A stretch of 64,000 nt of DNA from Antedon mediterranea. Its lineage: Eukaryota; Animalia; Echinodermata. The notes below the pieces were generated by a model. That model ran no database searches, was not told where the DNA came from, and saw nothing but the letters and a program-made list of their open reading frames with translations. The translations under genes and the position numbers were made by a program. The DNA is taken from assembly GCF_964355755.1 (NCBI RefSeq), contig NC_092674.1, positions 20,460,001 to 20,524,000 of the forward strand, written 5' to 3'. Below are positions 47,501 to 62,200 of this stretch, piece by piece (position 1 is the first letter of the stretch; each line of letters begins with the position of its first letter).

Positions 47501-50500
47501 ATTATCATTGTAGACTGATTATATTGTTTTAAATTTCGGATGGCATTGTTTTCTTAGTGCACTTTAGACAAAGGTACAGTTCAGTAATTACTATTAAACG
47601 TGGCTTCCTAAGTACATAGTATACAAATAATGAATGTTTGAGTGTAATGGTACAAATAATGGCATGAGGTGAATGATGAAAGGTTATACCTTATATCAAC
47701 GAGGCAATGCCGAGTTGATATAACCTTTCATCATTCACCAAATGCCATTATTTGTACCATTATACGAATATAAAACATTCATTATTTGTTTACTATGTAC
47801 ATAGGAAGCCACGTTTAATAGTAATCACTGAATCATCTAAATAGATTCCTGTCATTTGAATCAAATAAAAGGTATCCCTAGCCAAGAGGCCTACATTTCA
47901 TTCACATTGATTAAAACAGTAACATTTGGTTTTTAATATTATATTAAATTTTATATTTATATGGATTTTAGTGTTAATTATGTCAACAAACACCCAAACA
48001 ATCCTAGGCCTAGCAAGACTAAAACGCCTAGGCTTAGCCTAATACTAACAGGCCTAGCTAGGCTAAACCTGGTAGTTGTACTAGCTTGGCTGAAAGGCAA
48101 AACTTCGACAGACAATTGGAACTTATCTAATTATGGTTTTTCCAACGATTCCACGTCTTGTAGGGATGTCCCCATTAATTAATCAAACTCCTAAAAACGA
48201 TCTAAAGCTAATTTAAATGCCTTTTTTAATGAAATTAGTACATATATCTCCAAATCGTACACAAAAATCTGCTGCTGTTGCATATCTCGCGGTGGTGTTT
48301 ACAAACAGAGGCAGGACAACAGGTGGCGCTGTTGTATTTCACAGTACTTTTTGTATACTAGATTTTTTTCATCCGCGAAACGTTTTTTTTTTCATACACA
48401 AAAATGTTTTAAAAAGTACTATTAAACGATCGTTTAATAGTGCGTACTATTGCACGCCATGTGACCCACAATTGTCCAATCAAATGACAGGAATTTATTT
48501 AGGTGTTATATAATATTAAATAGCGACGTGCACAATAATAAATATCGTGAGGTGGCGGCAAGAATGAATGGCGGACGGAATGAATGGCGGTCAGAGTGAT
48601 CTGATAACCAGGTACACATCGTATTGAAAGCAATTTCTCAAGTCTAAATTCTGCTTTCAATCCCATCTTCTCTTTAAACAATGTTTAATTCTTCCCACTC
48701 TCATTTTGGTAATTTATCATAATAACAATGTTTAGAATGTCATTTGCAAAGTAAATTTGGTACTTGCCGGGCTATATTTACACTTTCAATTAGAGCTCTT
48801 GATAGTACTCCTGCATGTCTTCCCCACTCACAAAATCTGGATCAGCTACATGACTCAGTTTAATAGTAGACTTAATATTCCTATAATGGCATTGTCCCTC
48901 TGAATCTGATCATAGAAAACGTCTTCTTTTTTAAAAAAATATTTGTTTAGCTAAATTTACTTGAAATAAAATAAAATAAATAATTATTTGATACTTCACT
49001 GACCACACCACCCGCGACAAGAGGCTACTGTATGCTGTTGTTGACTGATCATGTTTGATTAACCTGTAGTGTGCGCCATCTATTTTTTATTAGAATTTAA
49101 TGTATTTTAATTATAATGTATAAATAACTCTTTTCAATTTCCATTTTGGTGAGCCACTTGACAGTGATTCATTTTGCTTTTTGGTTAACCAGTCTTTTGG
49201 ATTTTGAACTCTTTTTTTTGTTTTTTGTTTTTTTGTTTTGTTACGTTTTTGTTCTTTTCTGACGAAATAAATGAAATTAAATCATTATTGCAGTGCTGCC
49301 TTTTTAAATGGTTTAGGCCATGTTCTATGGTAGCCTCTTGTTTTAAAAGTAGTTGTGTTTATAAAATAAGGTTTTTTTTTCGTGAACTTAGAATAGATGA
49401 ACATTTGTTATTATATTTTCATCTTTTAACTAACATGAAATTATTTGTAACATTCCATTCATTGAGATTCATTTTTGTATAATAATTTCAATGTACCGCA
49501 CCATTTGTTCAAGTATAAAGTAGGACATATTTAGGATATTTTTGTATCATTGCAGTAATGATGTGTGTTCAATTTAATATATTTATTAATATTTCTATTT
49601 TTAGGGGCAATGGCTGGAACATGGAAAGTGATGGAAAATGATAAAGCATGTATCTTGTTAGACATGGATCTTAATTTCACGGTTGGCTATGCTACAGCAA
49701 CCGGAGTAAGTGCTACCAGTCATACAATGCAACATTCCCTCACTGCATCTTTCCTAAAGGGTTTTTCACACCTGTTACGGTCCTGAACCAGCAAAACTAA
49801 TAAAATGTCAATGTTTCATTTTCATGCAGCTACGCACATATCAATGGCCATGTGGAGCGTTGGGAAAATGAAACATTAACATTGATTTGCTGGACCGGAA
49901 CCATGCGTACAATTAAAAGGGACTAATGCTGTTCCACTGTACCACGCCAAGAATGTTAAAGTGTCGCTATCCAATCGGGTTTGAACAATACCATGGTCTA
50001 GTAGTTAGGACATCAACATATCAAGCAGAAGGTTCAGGGTTAGAATCTCAGTTAAGTCGACTTTTTCTCATTCTCACAGATTTCCTCATCTTATCGTTTC
50101 AAATTAATTATCAAATTATATATATATATATATTTTTCAGACAAAGCAATCAAACTTTGAATTACCAGGTAATGCATCAGTAGATGATACTGGAAGCTCA
50201 TGTGGAGAAACAGAAGCCAACATTACCCTAGCCTTCTTTGAAGAAACCTACAAAGTCACATTTACATTTGAGGTTCTTTCTAAAACCTATCAACTTTCAA
50301 AAGTAAATTTCAACTATATTGAAGACACAACTAGATTTCCTGATGCAAAAGATACAGGTACAGTACAGTATATTAAAAACATTTTTAAATTGTTAAGACC
50401 GTGCCAATAGACTGCTTTAATATCTGAAACATTGATTTGGAAGAATTTGCACACAGCTACTGCATGTAAATTGCCTATAAAAGTGATTTCTTTCATTCGT

Positions 50501-53500
50501 TTAGGAAACCAGGTTTTATAAAACATATCAGAAGCAATACCAAAATTGTAATAACCTTTTTATTAAAAAGTCACAACTGTCCAGATTTAACCAAGTTTCA
50601 CATTTTAATTTGTTGACAAAAAATACAATTATTAATAATGACTGGAAATTATAAGTAAATGCTCATCTTGTTTGTACAGTAATATTAAAATTAATTTTAG
50701 AAATTTCTTTTTAATTAAAGTTGTAACCCAATTGGGTTGTTAAAACTAAATTTCTAAATTAAATTATTGGATATAAAGGCTTATTTCACATATTGCTAAA
50801 AATGAGTACATTATTTCTGTCTTTTAGGTAAACCAAAGACAAAATCTGGCAAGCTAACTTTGTTTACGGCACATGTTGGTCACTCATACAGGTGTAACAC
50901 ACCAGACATGGACACAACCATCACTGACTTAAAGATGACGTTCAGCAATGTTAAACTTCAACCATTTAATGTCACAAAGGGAAACTTTAGTGCCGGTAAC
51001 TTATCCATTTTTGATTATGTTTTTGCTTTGTTTAGTTTAAATTTATAGTTCAGTACATTATGGTACTGTACCTTGGTGGTATTACATGCAAGTTTACCAT
51101 CACTGGTTCATGTACACTCACTAATCATACTTAAGTGAATTATTTCTCTTAATTAAATATTTCACGTTAACTTAAACTTGAAGTCAATAATTACTGAAGA
51201 ATAGGTGATTCACTTTTCTAATTGACTGTGCCACAAGTGTTTTCTAGCCAGGATTAAATTAATTAAAATAATTTTTTTTAAATGTTACTTTATAGAATCG
51301 GTCTGCACAGCTGATTTGGCCAAATCTACACCTATGCCTACAACAGCTGTTACTACTATGATGATGACCAATATGTCTATGACCAATATGTCAACTGAAA
51401 TATTGACCACTGTGATGGACATAAATACTACAACTGGCGCCGTCACCACCAAGGCTAGCCCAACAACAATGGCTACCACCACTAAGCCACCAACTGAAGG
51501 CAACTGGACTGTTAAGGACAGTAAGGGCAAACCCTGCATGAACATGGCTTTTAAGGCTAACTTCAGCTACTCCTATCAAGATGCTAAAAACAAGGTAACA
51601 GAAAACTATTCTTTATTTTAAATTTCTTTTTTGTTTTATTTAGTACTCTGTCACAATAAGCATTGAGAAACAAAAATGATGGCCAAAATCACAACTGCTT
51701 ATTTCTTATGGGGCAAGTTACACAAAAGTTAAGCATTGAACTTTTAGAATATTACAATTATTGTTGCTCCAGTAATCCAACACACTAAGCCAAACGCCCT
51801 CACAATGAACGCATATTCTAGGAATTTTTGGATTATAAATTTGGTGACTAATTTAATTGTTTTGTTTCAGACTAAAACCGAGACTGTTATGCTACCATTT
51901 ACTGCTGATCCCAGTATGTCCACTTGTGGTGAAAACAGTTCTACATTTGTGTTGCAATTTGAACATTCAAACAACACATGGATGATGGAGATGGTGTTTG
52001 ATTTGCTCAACACCAAGGACTACACCCAAGTAGATGGACAGTACAATGCATTTCAAATGACTGAATTACTTGTAAACTACACTGATCCACTTTCTATGAG
52101 TAAGTTTTTAAATGTAATACTTTAATAACTTAAGTTATATTTTTGAGGTTTTTTTTACGGAAGTTATTAACTTTATTAAAACTACAAAATTGCCCTTTTT
52201 ACAATTTTATTTCATAAACCAATACTTTGGTAGTGATAAGTATAACACGAACATCGTGTGCTGTTGGGTAGTTTCTACTATTCAATGGTTAGTCAATGGT
52301 ACTAATCAACAACCAACTTGTTGTGATATGTGAGTGAAAACCAACCTAACTCAGTGCTTGTCTAGAATAAACGATTGAATAAAAGTTTACTTGTTGACAG
52401 TAGGTAATTGATGTTTGTATCAACTTGGCTCTACCTCATTTAAATAGAACAGTTATGGTTACCATTTGTATCGTTGATAAGTCAATTTTGTGTATATATG
52501 TATTTTTGTGTGCTACTAATATCATTACTTGGAATACAATTTTTATAAATTAAGTATTTAGACCTTTTATCATTTTAACACATTCTTATTAATGGTGTCA
52601 ACTTATTTGTAAGAAGTAATGAAAAAAAAAGAAAAAGAGTGGAAATAATAAAGGTAGGTTGTTCCCGTCGTGAAGGAAAAAAAAGAACAGTCAATCTTTA
52701 AATCCTTAAATTATATTCTCAATCAAAAAATAAACAATCAGTATATACAGTATTAATTTTATTCACCAATTTCTCAAATGAATCCAGCTTCATTTTTTTA
52801 ATCTGGTGCTCCAACTTGATACTGTTGAATCTGCTCCCATTTGCGCAAATGCTATCAAATAATATCTTATTGGCTGAAACTGTCTTCATTTTTAGTTTTA
52901 TTTTTACTTACAGATTACGAGGTTAACACTACAAGAACACACTTTAAAACTAATGTGAACATGACATACAAATGTGATGCAGATGACAATATTGAGGTGG
53001 AGATGATGAATGTCACATTTACTGATGTTAAATTCCAACCATTTGCTAAAGGTCAATCATATCCTGGTGAACGTAAGTTATTTCAATCATCAGTCATTGT
53101 TATGTTGCTATCATAATTATTATTAAAGTCAATTTTCTCCCTCTTCCAACTGTCATCATCGTCATCATCAGCATCATCATCATCTTCCGGCCTTTACATT
53201 CTGAAGGTAATGTCCTGAATGTGTGTGAGCCAATGGATGAGCTATCAAGTTGGGTGTATAGCTTTTAAAGCTTTGCTTGGTAAAGCACCCGAATATCTCG
53301 CTAATAAACTTTTAAGAGTACCTGCTGAACTACTACTACCCACATTACGACACAGGGTGATTTTATTATTCCGAAACCCAATAAATTGAATCATTTAGAT
53401 GCAGTTTTAATTACTGTATCTGACTGCTAAATATTTGAATTCTATGTCTACAGATCTTTGAAGTTGTAGTTCCATAGACTTATTTAAAATTAATTCAGAA

Positions 53501-53838
53501 ATGCTATTTTAAATAACTATTTTATCAAAGTTTTTCTCTGTTTTAACGCACCTAATATATTGTTTTTTTCTTAGTTGTGCAAACGTACCAGATGGTACAG
53601 TGTGTAACATTCCAGGTGTGCTCCAATATTTGCAAAATAGTATTCTTCTTAAATGGTTTTTACAACATAACATGTTCCATAATTTTTTTTAGTCCAAGAT
53701 TGCAAGTTGGATGACAAATCAAGTAACGTTGTACCAATTGCTGTTGGATGCGCCCTTGCTGGGCTTGTCGTTATTGTACTTATTGCATACCTGATTGGCC
53801 GCAAGAGAACAAAGAGTGTTGGTTATCAGACAGTCTAA
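44581..53838 (+). CDS. LAMP1: Lysosome-associated membrane glycoprotein (LAMP1/2 family), two luminal domains, ~455 aa, 8 exons
   Basis: Exons 44581-44629, 49605-49705, 50141-50357, 50828-50995, 51296-51594, 51871-52099, 52914-53072, 53693-53838. The product has a signal peptide, two 4-Cys LAMP domains (GHSYRCN..VKLQPF; TYKCD..VKFQPF), a Thr-rich hinge, TM VPIAVGCALAGLVVIVLIAYLIG and tail RKRTKSVGYQTV*. Confidence 0.94.
45600..45810 (-). pseudogene. L2-group LINE 3' remnant
   Basis: Minus strand reads LSVPCFCTKTYGGRCFSFAASSLWNKL. Confidence 0.55.
47580..47832. repeat. ~250-bp near-perfect palindrome (Crypton-like foldback element)
   Basis: Arms TTCAGTAATTACTATTAAACGTGGCTTCCTA.. / ..TAGGAAGCCACGTTTAATAGTAATCACTGAA around a central AACGAGGC-AAT-GCCGAGTT. 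Confidence 0.85.
47837..48502. mobile_element. Inverted-repeat-bounded non-autonomous element (end also seen at ~22125-22172)
   Basis: CTAAATAGATTCCTGTCATTTGA..TCAAATGACAGGAATTTATTTAG; the same terminus occurs in WDR44 intron 5. Confidence 0.6.
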
Positions 53839-55211
53839 TTAAAGCAATTGATTTCATGTACATCAAATTTGCAATAAAAATTTCAGATTATTAAAAACAT
53901 TTTTTTTATTGTCTATAAGATCGTTAATCAAATTTGAATGTCGTTTATTATTTTTTTACAAAATAAATAGATCCAATCATTTTTAGACCAACTGAATTCT
54001 AACCTTTCTTTTTAACAAATCACTTGATATTACAAAAGTACTTGAAATTTACAAAAGTTATAAAACATTTAAAAGATACAATAATTATATTCAACACTAT
54101 GCATTAAAATCTGTATTTTATTGTTACTGAGAAAACTCATGCAGATTACAATCATTTGAAACTGAATTTACATTTTTATCTTTATTTTCAATGATTTTCA
54201 GATATTTTTGTTGTGTGATTTCCTATAATATTGTATTATAATCAGTGTTAAATGTGCATTCAATGCAATCCCCTTGTAAGTTGAATGATTAGATACAGTA
54301 GTTTCATATTGCAACTCAATTTGATTGGCGAAAATGTTGGTTTTAACAAGTTTAACAATGATTTATAAAATTTACTCAGAATTGACTCTTTTTATTGTAA
54401 AATCACAACAAATAATTGTTATCTGTTTTCTACATATTAAGATGGTTGTAGTACTACTTATATACAGTTTCAGGAATATCGGAAAACTAATCTTGTTTTA
54501 GTGAATGTATACTATATTTAGATTATAGCTGTGGGGTTTTGCTTTCATTTTGATGAGCTATGAGCATATTTTCTCATTCGGCAAGCAGGCCTGTTAATCA
54601 AAAGCACTGCGACATGATGCTTTACAAGGCTAATCACAGTGTACAGTATGTTGTCTATTGACACTCCCAATGCATGTGATTTGCTTCGCCATCCATTTGC
54701 TTCAAAGAAATCTGAATATGAATCAGCCATGCACATTACCACGTAATTGTAGGCATATTAGATTTTCATAAATTGATACTACACAAAACCATAGATCGAG
54801 AATTTTTATATTTGAAATGTTCACAGTTGAAACTATTGTGTTGTATTTGTACACATTGTTTGTATATTATGCTTAAATTGTTACCCAATGAATGAGTTTT
54901 TTTTTAATTTTGCTAAAAATAGATTGTTTTGTTTGCACTGTACATAGAATACTCTTAAAAATTTGGTTTAAAAAAGTCGTAAATTTGTCTGTAAAATGCA
55001 CAGTACAGTACTTGCAATAGAAGAATGCAATAGGCCTACAATAAAAACCAGTAGGTCCGATATTGCATGTTAACATTTGTCTGTGTAAGAAACCAGTGAT
55101 CGTTAAATAAATTACACAAAACCCCACAAAAGGTTTCTTGATTCTTTATTGAAGTTAATCAGATTACTATCACAATGTTATTTGGCACTATTTGTCTGTA
55201 CATACTCTTAA

Positions 55212-55343
55212 GCTCTGTCTACACTATCAAACTATTTTGACAAAAAAAGATGTGCCAAAATATGGTAATGATATTCCCAAATATGGTAGTGGTATGATGT
55301 CATCGTGTCCATGGGTACATCACATTTTGTGTAGATAGAGCTT
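55212..55343. mobile_element. Harbinger-like MITE (relative at ~63529-63790)
   Basis: AGCTCTGTCTACAC..GTGTAGATAGAGCT termini with CCCAAATATGGTAGTG internal repeats. Confidence 0.65.
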
Positions 55344-56266
55344 TACAAAAGCTGTCTAATTTGTGTTCGTACGTATTGCTACTGAGTTGAGCTTGATTCT
55401 TGTAGGTCTACTCTTGGGTGGGCTTCTTTTCAAGATGGGGTTCTTTTCGAGATTACTTTTGCCTAAATTGTAAAACAGGGGCGGTATTACTATACATTGG
55501 TAAGAGCAATATACCGTAAAACCTTGAAAAGGAGCCCCTTTTTACTACTTTTGGGTGGGCCTCTTAAAGATGGGCTTCTTTTCGAGATTACTTTTGCAAA
55601 CTAAAGAGGGTGTGTATTCAATTAACTATTTTGAAAAGAAGTCCATTAGGCTTGATTTCGAGATGGGCTTAACTTTAACTTTTTTATATACAGTATAATA
55701 ATATGACTCTGACATTGATAGTTCATAGTTCATTTTATTTGTCCAAAAGGAAATTCATGTTGACATATACAATTGCTCAAAATTAGTTAAAGGTACATAA
55801 AATACATTTAAATAATACAACAGAGCTACACAATTATTCTGATAAACAATGAATTAACTGAGTTTAAATTGTCTGTTTGAATATGGAATAAAACTTGCCC
55901 TTGCCTTTAATGCTCAGATCACAAAAACCATAATTGTGTGACCATGTATAATTATATGTGAGGGCTGAGTTATTTGTATGACGTAGCCTACTGTACAAAA
56001 CCAACCAACCAATACAAACATAATTCTGATAGTGACATTTCTTTTGATTCGGTTCGGTAATCGGGTCATATAACTATATTATATAGATTTACATAGAGTA
56101 CACTGTGTACATAGTACACCACAACGATTACAAACTGTGTGATCTTTGGCCACAACAGGTACAGATATTTTGGTGGTTATAGCCATAGAACATTCATAAC
56201 CCATACATGCAGTGTGATTTCAAGAAATATTAATATAAAATTGTATTCAATTCCAGTTCTTCAATC

Positions 56267-59200
56267 ATGATCGAGTTGACAGAGAAGCACCATATATTGT
56301 TTGCGGTTATTAGCGGTAAGTATAACTCGTATAACCATGGAGGTATAACTAGGCCTGATACCGCCATGGTATTACTTTTATATACGATCAGGTTCGCCAG
56401 CTGCAGTCAAGGTTATATATTGCCATTTTATAGCATACACGTGATGACGATTACTGAATATCCGTTAATACGTCTTATTTATGGTAAACGAAACAACATT
56501 AATATTTTCTTTCTGTTTAAAAATAAACAACAACAACAAAAAGACGCAGAGATACATCCAAATGAGTTGGTGCATACCTTAAGTGTGGGGGACGGGGCGG
56601 GGTTGAGGTGCGGGACTGTGGTAAGTGTGAAAATAAACCTCGAGTCACTGAAAGTGCACTCAAATTAAAAACAAATATCAATACCAGATAGGCTTCATTA
56701 TGCCAGATACTGTAGTTTACTGCTCGAGAGAATTATGAACAGCACTTTATACGTTTCTTGTTCAGGTAACGTTACGGGTTTGCTGACCAGGCGCCCGGAG
56801 ATTGTCGATCGAAAACATCGATAGTGATTTCCGTCCGTTTTCGTCACATTTATCATGTTGAGTGTCCCTGTCCCGTTCGTAGAAAAAAGTTTATATTCAC
56901 TATAGAAACGTTTAGGGATGAACAATGCAACATTCAGTAGGCATGTTACCTTTGCAGCCATAATTATTTTTATATGAGATCCTTTTGATGTCCAAATCAA
57001 TAATTTAAATCAGCGAATTAATACAATTTCAAAACAACATTAATTTGATTAAATATTGTACATTACCAATGGAAATTAGGTAATGGCTTTATATCTGAAA
57101 CTGAATCATATAAATATCTCGGTGTACATATTTCTCGTAAATTAAATGACCATATACAAATTGAGAATGTTATAAAAAAAGGTCAAAGATTAATAGCGTA
57201 CGTTAAATCAATTATCAGTAGCTTTGATAACTTTAACAGAGTATATTATGGAGATACTGTGTGGAGATCGATAGTTCTCCCATCTATCAACTATGGTTGT
57301 TCAGTATGGTGCTCTTTAAGTAGAATAGATATAGATAAACTAGAGCTGCGCGTCTCCAGCTCCAAATGGCGCGTTATATCTTAAAAGCACCTCGAAATAC
57401 ACCTTGTGCCGCCTTATACGGAGAGCTTGGTTGGTCTCCAATTAACGAGATTCATAACGCTCTTCGTATGAAATACTTCCATAGAATTATAAAGATGGAA
57501 AACTATCGATGGCCAAAAATTATGTTTATTGGAATGCTACAACTTAATTGTGAATTTAAAGACTTAAGGTATAAGTTTCTATCTTGTATAAACGATATTC
57601 TCTTGAAGTGTAATTGTGAATCCAAAAATATTTTCACCACTCTCTCAAATTATAAAGAAGTCTACTTTCCAATTTCTGAAATCTTAAGAAAACTTAACTA
57701 TATAATGATAGATGAATGGAGAATTGAATTACAAAATAAATCAAGTCTCCAAATCTATGAAACATTAAAATCAAAACCTGGACTTGAAAATTACTTAATT
57801 GATAAAACTAATTTTGAAGGTGCTGCATTAAAATTTAAAGCTCGTTCAAATACTCTACCTTTGAATGATAGAACTGCAAATTGGAATATTGATAATAATA
57901 AAAAATGTAAATTGTGCGGTACAAATTCGGACGAAGACATCCATCATTTCATCCTTAATTGTCCAGCTTTAAATAATATACGTAATCAGGAATTATTTAA
58001 TTTATATGTGGATATGTATAGAAATGGCAGCAAAGATATGTTTGATACTTTTTATACTTCTCCTGAAAATGACAAACTTAAATATATTTTGGGATACTCA
58101 GATAATTTAATTGATGAAGAGTGTGAAAATATTTTGGATAGTTTTTGTAAAAGATACCTAAAACAAGCATGGCAATTTCGAAATGATTCACTGAATTCCA
58201 TGACTCAATAACTATGTTATCTACATTGCTACATTAAGTAAATTGAAAAAAAGTGGGGGGGGGGGGAGGAGTTGGGGGTTTTTCGTAATAAGCTGTGTTT
58301 ATCAGTTGATTTGATTTTATTTTATACACTTTTACTATATCTTGTTTTGTATTCATTGTGTAAAGTAATGATCTACTGTATGTATCGATGTAAATGGGGG
58401 GGGGGGGGGGTAGGATAGGGGTTGATAGTTGCTTTTGCCTTTTTTTACTTTTCTGTTAATTGTTATATTTTATATTGTGAAGGATGCACCTTTGTGCTAA
58501 GTGTGCCACCGATCTAAAGGTGTAATTCCAAATAAATAAATAAATAAATGTTTAATTTCTATTTTTGTAAAGTCATTAGTTATCTGCTGGTGGTGGAGGG
58601 AAAGGCGCCTGTTGGAGAATGGACAGTGACTAACCAGGCAGGTAGAATATGCATGAAGATGAAAATGGGCGCCACTCTAACTATTCCATATTCGACTTCC
58701 GCTGGACAGGTATAAATCATGGTTGAAATACTTAAGTGTTTGGACATGTCACGAACTCCTCTTACGTATGTTTCCGAGCGGTGGAAATACTTTAGGAACT
58801 CCCTTGTGACATAAAAGTATACACACAAAATCCACAAAGTTGTAAAATAACTCACAAACAAACCAGTAAGCACTTTGAACAACAGCTTCACAATAACTTT
58901 CACAATCCAACCTCTAATATCCAACCTTCTTCAAAATAAATGCTTCAATCAAAAATCCTTCTCCCAATTGTCATACTTCCCCTTATACAATATGTTCCTA
59001 TCTTTCTAGATTTCTTATTCTTATTGGATTACAGTTTCTATTAATAGCACTTCTGGAATGTTCCTGATTGTTCTTATTAATTACTATACCTGGTTTCTTA
59101 AATCAAAACATCTTATTCTAGAATGTTCATATTAAGGAATGATAATTTATTACAGGACAATTAACATTTTGATAGGATTCTTACAATAATAAAGATTTGG

Positions 59201-62200
59201 TCCACCAGGACGCAATGCAAGCAATGGATTATCCGAACTGCTGTTTGTCATTTTTACGCTGGTAAAACAACATTATCTTGCTTCACACGCATCACCAATA
59301 TAATACTTAGACTTGGTTCCCACTAGTATGTAACGCAAGAACATAAACGCAACGTAAGCGAGTTGACCAATGACAAGCGACAGTTCGAATATTCCATCGC
59401 TTGTGATTGGTCAACTCATTTACGTTACGTTACGTCCTTGTGTTGCGTCTCTAGTGGGAACCAAGCATTAGTTTCCCAATTATAGAGACGCAATGCAAGT
59501 CCGACGTAAGCGTAACGTAAGTAATTTGACAAGCGATGGATTGCGTTGCATCTAGGAATCAAGCTTAGATATACTGCTGCTTCAATGAAATTACTTCAGT
59601 AAGCAGACATTACAACATGATCGTGTGCTTTGCCTCATGAAAATCTCGAGAAAAATACATGAAATTTAAATAGAAAAATATGCTAATTAATACATTTTTC
59701 CATAGACGACGGCAGACGTGTATGTACCCACCTCCGCAAGCCCTACCGACTACTCTAAGTGTGAAGGGGATTCAGTGTCCTTCTCACTAAAGTTTTTCAT
59801 GACACTTAGTAACTACTGGACGGTCGGATTTGACTACAAGAAATCGGGATCACAGTACCAACTCGATAAAATATCTGTTGGATATACATACGACGAACAT
59901 CTCCCTGGTCATACAGCAAGTAAGGTTTTTATTCTTCTCTAGTTGTTTAGATATTCGTATATCATAACGGATTAGTCATTGGTGGTAATTGTAACTACTG
60001 TACTATGTCAGGGTTACTTATTGATAAACTCTCATTACATCCGTACTCATTACAGTGTTTTTATTTGCCAATACAAAAAAGGTGAGTGAAGTGTAATATG
60101 GTTGAATAAGTTAATTGTAGAAAACTTATCAATGCAATGTAACTGGCATGCTTCAGATGCCTGAATCTTAATTAAAGTTCGAAGATTAAATCTTTGTCCA
60201 TGAATACGAATATCCAAATAATGTGTATCATGTCATATATCTGGCCCGTGCGCATTTCTAATCAAGATTTGGCAACCTGAGTCTCAATCTATTCCGCGTA
60301 TGAAGTAGTATCCTTTAGAAATCCTGAAAAAAATAGTACTTTGCTTTCTCAGACAATACATGTTATTCACACATTATTTCCGACAATTTACGGAAGCATG
60401 AGTGCGAGTCCTGAAGTTTGCGAAATAAACGTTTAATGGATCCACCCTTACCACCACCAAAGTTAAATTGATCTTATTGGAAAGAAACTATTGAAATCAA
60501 AATGTGTGAAAGCAAAGCAAACGCGTACACGTGATGACCTCATTATTATTCAGTCGGTAGCTGGAGCTGGGTTGCACAGGATATAATAGAAGTGACCCAT
60601 TGAAAGTCTTTCATATACGTTGGGCGAATATTTGAACAACTTCACAACGCTGTTTCAGTGGAGAGTTTTAACATCATCTATTGTGTAATAAATGCCATTA
60701 TAACGATATTATTCCATCAATAGATACATTAAGTGTCATTCATATTTAATCGTTTGATTAATATATTTTATAACATAAAAGTTTATTGTAGAACAGCTAT
60801 ACTATTATTAAACAGAATAATGAATGTTTTGTATTCTTTGATGGAAGAACATTTTATTTTTCCAACACTAAACATGTATTATTATTTTGCAAAAATACCA
60901 GCTGCATTGTGATCTTTAGGTAGAGATCATTTACCAAGGTATTTGTGTGAATTCTTGTTTCTCATGATAACATGTAAAAAGATTGATCTTATAAATCTTT
61001 TAAAATAAAGGAATACATCGTTACTCGTTGATTAAACCTAATGAAGGCCCGAGTTGCGTATGTAAAATTCAAGCAGACGTCCTCTCACGTGGAAATCGTC
61101 ACCCATCAACAATCTCCACTCTCAAATCACGGAGAGTATACCGTACATCACCATTATTTACGATGTTTGTATTGATGGCGAACCATGATATAGTTTATTA
61201 GCCGAAGGTTTGGCATTTTAAATCCAAATATTTTTAACTAAGTCTATTGCATGCATTGCCTATTGGTCTTTAAAATCAACTAAACACACAGGATTCATGG
61301 TTCACCGTCTTGAAATTCAGTATTATTGTTGAATACAGTTCATTGTCGTTGTTCTCAAGCATATCGTTAGAACGACAGTAAATGGTAATCTTTTATACTA
61401 GGCTTAAGGCTACTACCTATTTATTGTTTACAAAGGTCACAAGTTACTATAACTTTTAGAATTATCAGGTATATATTGCACACAACTACATTTTTTATGC
61501 TGCATTGAGAATGTTTCTGTGGGATACAAGGCAACCTTCAGTCATTCAGTTATCTTTGTTAGTTAACTGTTTATTTTTACAACTTATATGTTTCATTTTT
61601 TATTCACATTTTTCGAGTTTAGAAGGAAGTATTGATTAATTTTATCAAAGCACTTTTATAATAATAATAATAAATAATAATAATAAGATTTTTATAGCGC
61701 ACATACCACTCCAGAGTGCTCAAGGCGCATTTATAAAAAGAAATGAGTAAAACTTCGAGAAATGCACGACTCTGAAGTTTAAGAAATTATTTATAAATTC
61801 CGGGAATAAGCTGAAGACATTATAATTATGGACAACCTTCCCATAACAATATACCATGGGGAAAGCTTATTTCGGAAAACTATCCCAGGAAACTGCCCTC
61901 CGATACATCTGTTCCACTTTATATTACAAAAATGGCATTGAACATTGTAATGTCATATGGAGATACAGTAGTAGCAGAATTAAGTGCATTTAGTGGAAAA
62001 TTGTCTTAAGTCTCTAGTTGTCCTTATTTTTAGTCGCGTGGATGCGACTCTATAGTTCACTATGTCGGTCGGTCGGTCTGTCGGTCGGTCTGTCGGTCTG
62101 TCTGTCGGTCCGGTATCACTATGCGTTTTAGCACGCGACTTATGGCTGTTGGCCTTGTTATGTTTTGTCTGTAAAGTACGGTAGGTGTTTTAGCTGGAAA

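Noticed and set aside
49990-50070. tRNA-like sequence in LAMP1 intron 2
   Set aside because: Degenerate A/B boxes and no cloverleaf; at most a SINE head remnant.
56316-56668. Remainder of ORF 56267-56668
   Set aside because: A strong GTAAGT donor follows codon 16; the rest is intron read-through.
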